Positions 51,061 to 63,810 of a stretch of 64,000 nt of DNA are shown here, piece by piece. Position numbers and translations under genes: made by a program. Position 1 is the first letter of the stretch, and each line of letters opens with the position of its first letter. Below the pieces are notes generated by a model. The model was not told the DNA's origin. It was given only the letters and a program-made list of their open reading frames with translations, and ran no database searches. The stretch is from Camelus ferus (taxonomy: Eukaryota): contig NC_045698.1 of NCBI RefSeq assembly GCF_009834535.1, positions 2,916,001 to 2,980,000 of the forward strand. Reading direction: 5' to 3'.

Positions 51061-53018
51061 CGTTGTTTTTCCTAAGGTCTGAGCTGCTTCAGGGAGGGGT
51101 GAAAAAACAGAGTAAGGAGAGGATTGCAGCTGGGACTTGGACTTCTGAGTATCGCACAGCGGAAAGAGGAAGCCTGGCTGGTCTTCTTCCTCTTCCTTGA
51201 TCCTGTAAGTTACATGTGAGGACCTCTGACGAGGGAGCTTGAACACTGTCATGTCTCCCAAGGACCAACGTTCATGATTACAAACAGTACATCTTAGCTT
51301 CTTATTAAGGGGGAGATCTTCGTCTTGCTGATCATTTTCAGCCGCAGAGACACTAAGAGAATCTCAAAACGACAGCTTTATTTTTTTGGTGCCTGAAGCC
51401 AGATGGTGTTCTTGTTCATGTATTTTTTTTTCTGTAATTCTCTCAGTAATCAAAAGGCAAGTAAAAGTTTATTTTCATGCAGTTCCCAGTGGTCAGAGAT
51501 GGGGTAGGGCTGGTAATATTACAATCATACTCAGCAAATGAGTCTCATAGGTGTTGCTCTAAGGATTTTCCAAAGCTCAGATGTTGGCAAAATACCTTAA
51601 TCGTCGCACTCCACAGGCACAGCGACTGTCTGAGTGTGTGTGAGGAGTGCCCGAGACAACTGAGCTGGAGCCTTTGAAACAGCCCTAATTTTCTGTTTCA
51701 AAACCAATAACTACATGGGGTAGAAAACAATCATGATTAAAAGCAAGATTCACTCCAAGTATAGGAAGGGAGACCCAGCTTCACAGAAGCACCTGGGCAC
51801 CTGAAAATGATGTAGGTTACACGGTGGTTGGGTGCCCAGTCCATAGGAGTGCTTCTGGGATAGGCCTGTTTTAATACTCTGCTGCCTTCGCAGGTGTTCT
51901 GTGAGTATCCTTTACTGCCTTGGGAGCATGCGTATCTATCTCTTTAAATCCTTTACAACTAGAGCATTCTATGTTGAATTGTTAGGGGATAGTCGCACAA
52001 ATCACTACTTGGAAGATAATTTTTGCCTTTCTCCCTGGGAGTCTTGCAGGACCAAGCATTGTGATGAGGTTGACCTGGTATCTCATGGTCTGAAGGGTAA
52101 ATAACCAGAGAGTTAGCATTTTGGACCAAGTGGGCACTCCTATCACACAAATGCTTCATTTGTTTAACTTTCTTCACTATGGTTTTTAAAACCATAATGG
52201 GTTGGTTTTAAACACAGCAATTCTTTCAATGAATAAAATTGTCACAAATAGTACAAACGTTACAGTTAGTAAACATTTTGAACACACCTTATTCTTAAGG
52301 AGGAAAACAACCTTTAACTTAACAAACTCCCACTGTTTTGAATAAAATGTTTAAATAACCAATTATTCAGTGCTCATATTGCTAATGAACGTTAATGGAT
52401 GAACTTTGGCTGTTGGAACCTTTAATATAAACATCGAGTCGATTGCTCCCTTAAATTCTCTGATGCTAGTGTATTATCTTAGAAAGAATTCATGTTAGCT
52501 CATTGTTTTCCAGTAGATTTAGATTTTCCCCTTCCCCCCTTTAAAATGCAATATAACCATATGAATTAATTGTAATATGTGCCTTTTGTTTTTACAGTTC
52601 TGATCATACCCCAGAGATAATGCCACCTGGGTTTTCGTACAAGTTGGCAGCATTTTTATACCTTACCCACCCACTTCTAATACAGAAGGGTTTGCTACGT
52701 GTCATAAAATGCTCATTTGGTTTGATTGTTCATCCCATATGATGTGGTGAACTTTGCAATGCCACCTGGATTGCTTTTGTTGACTTCCATTTCCAAAGAT
52801 AATTCTGTACTGTAAAAACAAATGATCCCAGAACATAATTCATGGAGCTTTAAAGACGAAATGCATAAGCAATTAGAAGACTCTAGATGTAAGGGGGTTA
52901 GGTTACATTCTACTTTTCAGCAGTCACGAGGGATCCACTCTCCTTTAATCCACTTTATCAAACAACCATCGTGATAATGGCATGAGCAGCGCAACACGCT
53001 ATAGGTGTAGGTACTCAC

Positions 53019-53111
53019 TGTTCGCAGTATACCACTGTTAAGGGCTTTCTTACCCGTCTTCCCGGAAGCTGCAGGCAGCTGGGCCGGGGCCGCAGCCACG
53101 GCTCAGGCAGC
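53019..53111 (-). other. Isolated candidate exon in a small CpG cluster
   Basis: Modest acceptor ttaattccatag|. Two consensus-like donors: GG|gtaaga (53054) and ACA|gtgagt (53019). Confidence 0.25.
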
Positions 53112-53361
53112 CTATGGAATTAACCAGTGCAGTCCTGGAGGGAGAAAACCATCTCCACTTTGTGTTGAAACCCTAACTCTTGCTCATCTTGTCTTCTGGT
53201 TGGGGCCTTGAAGGTTAGGGGCCCAACCATACACCAACCGATGGGTCCACAGTGGGAAGCTCAGATAACTGGAACTTAAAAAAGGGAAACCTTCCAAGGC
53301 AAAAGCACACAACACTTTCTGTCAGACAGCAATTCCTTATACCGTAAGAGATACTGATTTT

Positions 53362-53918
53362 TTTCTTTGCAAATTTTATTTTTTGCTTTATTGAGGCATA
53401 ACTGACAAAATTATATATGTGTGTGTGGTTGTACATACATGTATGTATATTTAAGGTGTACAGCAAGATGCTTTGATATACACTGCGAGATGATCACAAG
53501 CAAATTAACAAATCAGTTTCTTTTTTTGTGTGTATGTGGTAAGAACACGTAGAAGCTACTCTCTCTTAGCAAACTTCAAGCATATCATACATTATTTATT
53601 GTCTGTTACAATCGCCTATAGTTAACTGTAGTCGCCATGCTGCACATGAGACCCCTGAACTTTTTTATACCGCTACACCTTTGTGCCCTATGACCGACTG
53701 CCCCGCCATCTTCCCCGCCTTCCACCCCTAGTAATCACTTTTCTGCCCTCTGGTTCTACGGATTCAACTATTTTAGACTCCACATTTGAGTGAGGTCATG
53801 CAGTATTCATCTTTCTGTGGCTAGTTTATCTCACTTAGCGTAATTTCCTCCAGGTTCGCCCATGTTATTGCAAATGCAGGATTTCTCCTATTTTTTAAGG
53901 CTGAATAATTATCTATTA

Positions 53919-53952
<34 letters not shown>

Positions 53953-55326
53953 ATCTATCTATCCTAAATCTTCTTTATCCATCCATCCATTCATTTAGAA
54001 ATATTTAGGTTGATTCTATATCTTGGCTGTTGTAAATAATGCCTCAATGCACAGGGGGGTGCATATATCTCTTCAAAATGCTAACTTAATTCCCTTTGGA
54101 TATATAACTTGAAGTGGATTGCTGGATCAATCCATCTTTCCCATACAGTTTTCTGTAATGGCTGTATTTACAGTTCCACCAGCGGTGTGCAAAGGTTCCC
54201 TTTTCTCCGTATCCTTACCAGTGCTTGTTATCTTTCGTGTTTTTAGTAACAGCCATTCTAACAGGTGTGCGCTGGCATCTCACTGTGGTTTTGATTTGTA
54301 TTTGCCTGATGATTAGTAGTGTTGAGCGTCTCTTCACGTGTCTATTGGCATTTTGTATGCCTTCTTTTGAGAAATGTCTGTTTGGATACTTGGCCTGTTT
54401 TTAATCAGGTTATTTGTTTTGTTTTGTTTCTGCTGTTTAATTGTTGAATTTCTTATGTTTTGGATATTAACTCCAAAGAGAGAGATAGAGACAAAGAGGG
54501 AATTTGCAAATATTTTCCCCTATTGTGTAGGCTGCCTTTTAAATCTTTTAGTTCTTTCCCTTGATGTGTAGAAGCTTTTAAGTTTTATGCAATGCTGCTT
54601 GTCCATTTTTATTTTTATTGCCAGTGATGTGGTGTCATATCCAAGAAATTGTTGCCCAAACCAATGTCAACAAGCTTTTTTTCCCTAATTTTATTTACTT
54701 TAGCAACAAAAGCAATAAAATAATCAGGAACAGGCTTAACCAAGAGGCCAAAGGCCTAGGCGCTAAAAATTATAAAACATCAATGAAGGAAATTTGGAAA
54801 AACACAGATAAGTGGAAGCGCACCCCATGCTTGTGGAACGGAAGGATTCACATTGTTAAAATGTCTGTGCTGCCCAAAGTGGTCTATAGGTTACACACAA
54901 TCCATTTCAAAAATCCAAATGCCATGATTTACAGAAATAGACAAAAAATTCTAAAATTCACATGAGACCATGAAAGACCTCAAATAGCTAAAGCAATCTT
55001 GAGCAAGAAGAACAAAGCTGGAGGCATCACCCTTTCTGGTTTCACAAGGTAGCTTCGTATGGTACTAGCATAAACACAGACATGTAGACCAATGGGACGG
55101 AGCAGACGCCAGAAATAAAGTCACACAATTATAGTCACCTGACTTGGACAAGGGTTCCAAGAACACGCAATGGGAACAAAATAGTCTATTCAATAAATGG
55201 TGCTGGGAAAACTGGATATCCACAGGCACAAGAATGACATTGGACCTCTGTCTCACAATATAAGCAACAATCAACTCAAAAACAGGTTAAACGTTTAAAC
55301 GAAATACCTGAAATGTAAAACTACCG
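53362..55326 (-). mobile_element. L1 (L1MA9-like) with 5' inversion (twin priming) and TSDs
   Basis: 53362 to about 54685 is the antisense 3' end. About 54700-55325 is sense ORF2 (KNYKTSMKEI..DKWKRTPCLWNGRIHIVKMSVLPK). TSD gagatactgatttt (53348-53361) / gacatactgatctt (55327-55340). Confidence 0.9.
53919..53963. repeat. (TCTA)n tetranucleotide STR inside the L1
   Basis: Read directly from the sequence. Confidence 0.95.
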
Positions 55327-55379
55327 GACATACTGATCTTAATGCTGAGTCATTCAGGGCTCACGCCAATTCTGTGGGT

Positions 55380-55495
55380 TAAGTACTCCCATGTTGCAAG
55401 AGAGAAAACTGAGGTGCAGAGGGTTGGTCCATACTGAAGTCATGATTTGAGCTTAAGTGATCTGGGGACAGAATCTGAGTACTTGATCTCTTAAG
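55380..55495 (-). mobile_element. MIR fragment
   Basis: cccatgttgcaagagagaaaactgaggtgcagagggtt. Confidence 0.65.
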
Positions 55496-57999
55496 TACAG
55501 ACACTCAAAGCATAATGGTATCAAAAGTCAACTTCAGGAAATGAAGAAAGAACTTGGGAGCTTAGAAAATAAATTTCTTCATATTTCATATTAGGTAATA
55601 ATAGAAATTGGCTTTTACACAAGAATAGATCGTGCTTTCATTTTCCGATATTCAATGCAAGCATACACTGTATTGTTAGTGTATAGATTTCATCACACAT
55701 ATCCTGATAATGACTGATTAGAATGACAGGAGGAATTTGAATGTGACCCTTGGTCCAAGCAAGCATGTAAGTGTTTGGACAGCAGCCAAAATAGCTTCCA
55801 AATTTTAGAACCTGTTGAACAGGCAAGTGTGAGCTGTCATGAAAAAACTTTCTAGGTCATTTCATAAATACTTGTTTGGAAAATTACAGAGGAGTAGAGA
55901 ATAATTAAAATCCAATTCATTACTAGATTTAACGAGCAGTATTGTCAATGAGTCTTACCTCTGTGAAATTGGCATAAAGAATTTGAAAATGCATTACTCT
56001 CACCATACAAGGCTTGTGTTAATATTCTGTGATTTGAAGAATGTCATGATGGCTCTTCATTTAGAATCAAAACGTCCAGGTAATGAAACAGTGCGATGGT
56101 CATAAAGTGTGAAGGTTAAGATGATTGGACTTGTGATGTGGAGGTTGATTTAACAGGTTTCATTAACATGTCCCAGGAGTAGCACTAATTTGAGCTACAA
56201 TCTTTTTACCAGCTGTCGGAATATTTCCTTGCAAGTTGTTGTGTAGGGTGCCCTCACTACATGTCTTCTTGAGTTGTTTTTTGTTGTTGTTGTTTTTCCG
56301 TAATAGCTGCCACCCTGGTTGAGCCCAAGATTTACTGATCCTAGTGCTTTCTGTTTGTCACTGGCATGCAGATATGCATGTGGGAGGCCACCATGGTACC
56401 AGCTGGCTTTCAGCCTCCAGCCTGTAAGAGGACACTCCCAGCCAGCCAGTGCCTCTTGTTGCAATTGTGTATCTGTTTATTCAAAAGGAATGCATTTGTT
56501 ACCCATGTGGACCTAGCATGGGATAAGCAGAGAAAGGCAAGGAATCCAGGGAGCTTACATGACCTGGTTAAAGATAACTATTTAAATATTCAAATTCCTT
56601 AGTAGACATGAAGACAATGATGAGCTTATAAAGAGTTCACCCACAGACACTCCTTCATCCAGGGAAGCACAGAGAGCTGCCCCGTTCTGTTCCTTTACTC
56701 TTTGAATATACTAGGACTCGGTGAAGGTTCCATAATTGAGTTATAGCCGTCACCCATATATTAGATTCCAGCCTGAGCCATGGCAAGTCTAAGTAATAGA
56801 TTGAAAAATGCAATTATTGCTTACCTACAGAATTCCTTTGCTTGAGAGGTAAGGCATATATATCAGAAAAGTTGTTGGTTTTTATTTTCCCCAGGCCTAT
56901 TCAATAAATGAACATTACACCAGGATTCTTACACAGAGTATCTCTGAAATGGGTTTTGTATTGATTTTTGTAACTACCCTGTTAGATGACGTTATCCCTT
57001 AGTGTGTCAGGTTTAGACTGGTCCGCCCGGAGCAGGTCATTGAGGTGATAACTGTCATTTGGAGGGACAGAAAAGCAATCATAGCTTTTTCATTACTTAC
57101 TGTTTTCCCCCTGCGAGTGTGGGATCATTTGACATATTATGGCTTCTGTGATTTAAGCTGCATTCTGAAATTAAGTGCTGGAATATCACGCTGTGGGTTG
57201 AGAAAAATCAACTTGATGCCAAAGAGCTGCAGGCCCCCATGGGTCAAACATACCCACCATCCGCTCAAATTTCAAGAAAGATGGGTTGCTAACTATATAA
57301 ATAAATATATACCTGTATCTGAAAAGGGTTGCATGCAAAGCAGAACCAATCCAGTCAATTACAATTCCTTCAGGTTTTTTTTTTTTTTATAGCTATTCTG
57401 GGAAAACACTAAAAACGACAAAGCCAGTTTTATCACAAACATAGATTAAAAGCACATGCATTTAAAAAATCCTAATAGGTAATGGAAACAATTTTTAAAT
57501 TGCATGCATTTTATGAAAAAACAGTTTTTCCTCACAATCATAGTCAGACAGTCCAACCTGAAGACATGAGGCAGAAAAAAAGACAAATAAATAGGAATGG
57601 AACATACTGAGCAACCACCGCTAGGAGCAACCAAGCAAAACAAGGGGTAAAGCAGCAGGCTACAAGGGAGTGGACTCGTTTAGAATGCTGCCAGCCTGTC
57701 CTTCCAGTGTCCACGTTGTGACCGCCGCAGGGTCCGCCCTAGCCCACCCTGCATTGGCCGCAGGAATCAGGAGGAGAGACTGTGAATGCTGCTCAGGCGG
57801 AGGGTGCTTCCCAGAAGCCACGTTAAGGACTCATATGAGCCACTACCTTGGGACGTCCCCTGGTTCCTTTTCCCAGAGAGCTCTGCATGACTTCCCTTTC
57901 ATCCTACCCCTTGAGTCGGCTCCAACAATTGTGATTTTTTTAAAAAAGTAATGTTGAAAACTCACCTTATTTCTGGCAATACCCCAACTAAATGTGCTC

Positions 58000-59900
58000 A
58001 CTTAAGTCATTCTCAACTTGAACTTTCCAAAATTATCCACTCCCTCAACCTGAGCTGACCTTCCACGGCAGCACTCATTCATTTCTCTCCCCTTCTGTGT
58101 CCACTTCCTGGTCTCTAGTTCCCATTTAGTTCACCACAATCTTGTTTTTCATTTAACAAAGACCATCAATCCTTTGAAGCTTGAGAGGAAGTAAAAACAC
58201 CCCCTTGTTAAATTAAATATCCTTCTTGTTGAATGCCCACTTCTCATTCACTTGGGTTTTCTCCAGTATTATACCAATTCCTTTCCTCTTGAACTTTCTT
58301 CTGTCATGTTGCCAACAATACGCTCTCCTGTTTCTCTTCTTATTTTTCTGGCCATTCTTTTAAAAATTGTTGCACAAACTGTATTTCTAATGTTGCCTTA
58401 AATATTGCATTAGTTATCTATTGACTCATAACAAATGACCCCAAAACTTAGCAGCCCAAAATAGCACACATGTATAATCTTAACATATTGTGGGTCAGGC
58501 ATCTGGGCACAACTTAACTAGGTTCCCTCCCTCAGAGTTTCTCACAAGGCTGAAATCAAGGTGTTGGTTGAATCTGAGGTCTCACCTGAAGGCTTAACTG
58601 GGGAAGAAGCTGTTTCCAACCAGGGATGACTACTGGTTCTTCATCTTCTCGATGGCAATGGGACTGAGGGAAATCCAAGAAGGCAATAAGGCCACCTGCT
58701 AGCAAGAAGATAGAAACAGCACGTTGTTACCTCATCAGAGATACGACATCCCTTCAACCATGCCATCTTCTATTGGTTAGAAGCAAGTTGTACATGGAGG
58801 GGGCATTATTCAAGGCCACAGATGCCAGGAGAGGGACCATGGAGGTCACGCTAGAGATCACCTGTGGCAAATGCTGCTTCTTCTGCTGTTCTGAGCTAAA
58901 TAGTTCTCTTTTCTTCAGGTATTCAGCTGTATTTAACTATGATCTGTATTCTCTGTTGAATCATACATTCATCATCCATTTAAATGTCGTCATCAGTTCT
59001 GGCTCCCTTTTTCTAAATCCATGCCAGCATCACCCCTTTTCAGTATCTCCAGGACTGAACATGTCATCAGCTTATTCCCTCCCACCCTTCAGGCTGCCAC
59101 CACATACTTACAGGCCTCCTCTTATTCCTGACAGTATATTTGCCATCTTGGTGACTTTGCAGCCAGTTCGTGAGACAAAAATAAGGACATCATTGACTGC
59201 TCTTTGTCATCTTCCTAACATAATCAGCAACTGGAAGTTCTAGTTCAAGAGCACCTCCGAATTCCATCTCCCACCTGGACACCCATTGGCACTCCTTGCT
59301 GTAGATCATATACTTTTCTGCCGTGTCTACTCAGGTGTCACTCTCCTTTGTCTCTAGTTTCCCTGCCCATATTATTGTTTTAACCCCAATGTCACTCTCA
59401 GAGGCAAACGTCATCATGTTGCTCTCCTGATTAAGACTCCTTCAGTAACATTCTGTATCATCTTGAGGGTGATGGCCAGACACCTTGACCGTGTTAACAG
59501 GACATTCATAGCCATGTTCTGTCCGTCTCTCTGGACTCATCTTCCCTCAAACCCCATCTCCCATGTCCCCCAGTTAAGAGGAACTACTTGCACTTTTCCA
59601 AAAGTTTGGAGTGGTTTAATGCATTTGCACGTGTATTTTTCACTTCCTGGGCCACTTGTCCCTTGCTAACTGCCTTTGTGGATTCTTTTTCTGGGCTGTT
59701 AAGCAGGCACCGCTTCCCCTTGTATCCTGGATGTGCGTTTATCAGGGCATATAGGGAACTGTATCTCACACCACGATTGACAACAGGTCTGCTTTTTGGT
59801 TTGCCACACCTTGATGTACTTGTGGGAAGGTTTTATGTGTCACTTATGTCTCCATCCCAAATACTGAGCACATTTGATAGTATTAAATAGGCATTTCATT
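58000..59900 (+). mobile_element. Long degenerate LINE-2, interrupted by a MaLR LTR
   Basis: L2-like patches cccaattcctttcctcttgaactttcttc, tcatcatgttgctctcctgattaagactccttcagt, and tail atgtctccatccc...tagtattaaatagg. Confidence 0.55.
58406..58870 (-). mobile_element. MaLR LTR (MLT1F-like)
   Basis: tgcattagttatctattg..cataacaaatgaccccaaaacttagc...tgtgggtcagg...tctcacaaggctgaaatcaaggtgttgg...tctattggttagaagcaag. Confidence 0.8.
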
Positions 59901-61043
59901 AGTTTTAATGGATTAATGACTTCACAAGTGCCCCATTGACCCCACCCTCTAAAACGCCACCACCTCCCAGTGCCTACTGGGCAGGATGCTGCTGCCAAGT
60001 TCATGAGATGAATTCTAGTCACTGAAACCAACATGCGTGAGAATAAAATAGCACTCAGAAATATGGAAAAGTTAACAGAGGAATTAAATATACAGATAAA
60101 CATCCAATTTGATTATCTATATATTTTCCCCTTAGGCAATCATATAGCTCAGCATGAAGTTTATTTTAAAAAGCAAAATAAAATGTACTCCACTCCTTTT
60201 CAAGAGGCAGAAAATAGCCAAAAAAAAAAACCAAGTAAAGCAACCAAAATCCTGGTTAAACATCAGCACTGAGATTTTGGGCCACATCCTATAAGGTCTG
60301 CAGTAGCATGTCCTTGGAATCTCCGCCGTTTATTAGCTGAGCTGATGAAATAATCATTGGTAAGATTCTTAGGTGAAGAATCTTTTAAAGAACTAGCTCC
60401 TATAGAAGTTTTGAGATATGGATATCATAATTTTATTTTATCTGGAGATTATGTAGCAATGAATTTGAATATTCCATTATTTTACAGGGATGTAAGTGTG
60501 AGTGATTTTAGAATATTTTTTAGTTAGGAATCCTAGGTGCCTTATCAGCAGTGCTTAATTAATGCCCATTTTTAAAGTCTGAACTGATGATCCAGACCCA
60601 GAAAGACAGTGTTAAAAATATTTATTTCAGCTGAGTATTTAAGCTGGCATATTAGGAAATATTCTCTGTTCTATCCCAGGAATTTATTGATGCTTCCCTA
60701 TGTCTTCGAACAGATGAGCTCAGCCATGAAGCTCTATATAAATAGATGATGTCTAAAGCTTTGAAACTCTAAATAAGTTTCATAAGGAAATTATTTTTTT
60801 TCCTTCAAGCATATTGTATAGTATGGCCTCTTTTCTATACAGTGAATGCATGCTTTTTCAAATGTTTCAATTGAATTAACAAAAGTATGCATTTGAGCAT
60901 AATAAGTAGCTCCTGCAGGACTTGATTTCAAAAGATGTCTAAGTAACTTAAAATCTGTATTTATTATCTTGAATAGAAACACAGAGGATTAGCATTCAGA
61001 ATTTTTACAATATGCTCTGGTCCATGGTGTGTCCATAACTTAC

Positions 61044-61246
61044 GATGGGCCTGTTAACGGAGATCATCCTTCCAGGCACATAACCTGCTCCCAGCCGAAG
61101 CTGGAGGACGTGAGCTTCTCCGTACGGCTGCGCAAGCAGGCTTCCACCATGCGCTAAGCCAGCCATGCGGCTCTCTTCATGGATTTGCTTAATCAGTTCA
61201 TCTCCATTCAGGAATGTAAAAGGACTTGAAAGTAGCTTTACTTGGA
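61044..61246 (-). other. Isolated candidate 203-nt exon with open frame (QVKLLSSPFTFLNGDELIKQIHEESRMAGLAHGGSLLAQPYGEAHVLQLRLGAGYVPGRMISVNRPI)
   Basis: Acceptor tcgtttcttgcccagttttgcag|, consensus donor ATC|gtaagt, one open frame, local CpG enrichment in an AT-rich background. Confidence 0.35.
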
Positions 61247-61554
61247 CTGCAAAACTGGGCAAGAAACGATTATAGCAAATCTTCTCAGCACTTCTGTTAT
61301 ATTTCAATTGGTCTTTTTAAAAGATGGGGGGAAGGTGAAGAGAGAACTTTAAGTGGTACTTAGAAAAGCTTTCAAATTTGGCTGAATATAAGTTTTTGTT
61401 TTAGCCACAAATGCAATTTGAATAAGCCAACAAATAAGTTTTCCTTCATCTTTGAAAATTTTAAAGGCACACATGGAAACCTATTTTCCAGAGTCTGGTT
61501 AATGAAGTTGAGATGGATAACTAATTTTTTAAAAGCCTAATTTTTAATGGAGTC

Positions 61555-62200
61555 AAGTCTTCCAGGATGGTTTGGTGAGAGGCTCAGCATATCGTCTGCC
61601 ACAAAGTCAATGATAATATTGGACAAAATTGTCAAAAACCATCATTTCAGGACTCTGGACATTAACCAAAGGTGTAAAAAATGAATAATGATTTATTCAA
61701 GAAAAGCTATCCAACCTTGAGTAAGAACAGTGGAACTCTGTGACCTTCTTGTCCAGGAATGTCCATCTCACCCTAAATCCATGGTTTTTCAAGAGAGATG
61801 AAAGCTGTGAGAGCAACACTTTGCTCCCGGAAGAAACTGGCTGGAACAGAGCACAGAAAACCCCTGTCCTTGGCAATCATTGGAAACAACAGCCATCTCA
61901 GTGGCAAACCAACGGGGAAACCAGTGTTACAGTCTTAGGTTGTGATCCTCTCGGGGCAAGGAAGAGGCCAGCAGGTGGGAGGAGGAAGACGAGCTTGTCT
62001 TAGTCCCTGTCGCTTGAACTAAAATGAGCTTGAGTGACCCTTGGGGTGGGGTATTAAGGCATCCCTCTGTGTAGTCAGGTTTGAACCTATTGGACAGTTT
62101 GTAGTTATTAAAATCTGAAGGCAATGTCAGAGTGAAAACAACAAATGAAAGATTCAGCAGCAACTGGATGGCTGAGACCTGGTTTGAGCCACCACAGAAG
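61555..62200 (+). mobile_element. Old L1 5' UTR fragment (L1M3/M4-like)
   Basis: catttcaggactctggacattaaccaaagg...tttattcaagaaaa...gtaagaacagtgg. Confidence 0.55.
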
Positions 62201-62344
62201 CATCACCAGCCAGCGTCTGTGGACATCAGGCCAGATGCATTTACTCTGAGGGCTCAGCTCTGGTCTACAACATTGACTTTACTCTGTGTAATTGTGTTTT
62301 AGTGCAATCTTCAAATACACATACATAGCTAAAAGTTACAGATA

Positions 62345-62347
<3 letters not shown>

Positions 62348-62387
<40 letters not shown>
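62348..62387. repeat. (TA)n microsatellite
   Basis: Read directly from the sequence. Confidence 0.95.
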
Positions 62388-62390
<3 letters not shown>

Positions 62391-63514
62391 AAACTATACT
62401 TGCATTTCTCTTTTGGACAACAACCAATCACTGAGGACTCCCACAGCTCCAATAAAGGAAACTTCTATTGTGGAACAAATGATTATTACTTAAATGAGCT
62501 CTCGTTTCAGTCCCTTGCAATTGTCTCACAAACCTGTCACACTATCAACCTAAACAACAAAACCAAAAATAAAATTTACCATGTGTTTATTTGCTGGGAT
62601 ATTATTTCCTTGCAATATCTTTGTTCAATTCAAAGAATATCGATTCCCTCAACGGTCTCAGTGACCACGCGGTGCAGCATCCAGCTGGTCACCCTCACGG
62701 TCACAGGCATAAGTCGGCTTAATGCTGAGGTTATTGATTTTTATCAATCAAAGAAGCCTGAAGAGTTTGTCGAGGACACTCAGTTAAAGGAGTGTCGGTT
62801 TATGGATGCCAATATTTCAATTTGTTTCTATCCAGCCCTGGAGAGTGAGGTCAGTAACAACATATTTTGGTTCCACTATTCTTCTAGACAGTCATAGTAA
62901 ACCACAGATGGCCTGACCGTTCAGAACCCAGCCCAACGACTTCACATGTCACTTGGATGAACTGCAGGAGGCTTGAAAGGGGACAACTAACCATCTCAAA
63001 CGGAACTTGAAGTAATCAGTCTTCTTTTAAACAAAGCTCTATTTCATTTTTGTGTTAAATAAAAAAGGAACATGGAAGAGATTCACTAACACAATGTAGA
63101 AAGAAACCAAGCCCCAGAATCGTGTGCTTCAGACACCAGGAGTCAGGGATCCCCAGACCCCATTTTCCAGGAAGAGGTTTGAGTGCTAGGATTGCAGACA
63201 ACTTATTTTCTATTGTTCTAAGGTTTTAACATTCATCTAAGTGAATAAAATAAAACAAAGGAAAACAATCAATAGAACAAAAATATTTCTAGAATCCATT
63301 TTTTTTTTCCTTTTTGGTTGACACTGAGGCTCCCTTTTTTTCAGATACTTCTCTGATCTTTGTTCAGATTTATCCTCCAATCTCTGTTCTCTTCCTGCCT
63401 CTACCTCAAAAAAGAACCAAAGCAGAAACATAGCTTAGAAAAATGCTTATTTCCATTTAGTAATCAGCTCAAACTTCACCTTTAAAGGGAAATAAGAGAT
63501 ACACATTTGGGTGC

Positions 63515-63810
63515 TGTTACAGGTTGGATTGTGTCCCGCCACTAAAATTTATGTTGAAATCCTAACCCATGGACCTTAGAATGTGACCTTACTTGGAGGT
63601 AGGGTTTTTGAAGATGTAAGTAGTTAAAATGAGGCCGTTAAGGTAAATTCTAGCTCTATATAATTGATGTCCTTTTAAAAAGAAGAAATTTGGGCACAGG
63701 CATGCATGCCTGCAGGGAGAACACCGGGTGAAATGAAGGCAGAGATCTGTGTGATACAGCTACATGCCAGGGAACGCCAATGATCACCAGCAAACCGCCA
63801 GAAGCGAGGC
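63515..63810 (+). mobile_element. MaLR LTR (MLT1B/C-like), 3' truncated, followed by an L2 tail to about 63905
   Basis: TGTTACAGGTTGGATTGTGTCCC...agaatgtgaccttacttggag...gaaggcagagat...cagcaaaccgccagaagc. Confidence 0.8.

Noticed and set aside
52619..52769. AATGCCACCTGG repeated twice, CTCF-core-like
   Set aside because: Only 12 bp, and the flanks do not fit the full CTCF motif.
55950..57970. Isolated strong minus-strand donors (about 55958, 56825, 57966)
   Set aside because: No matching acceptor with an open frame; such hexamers occur often by chance.
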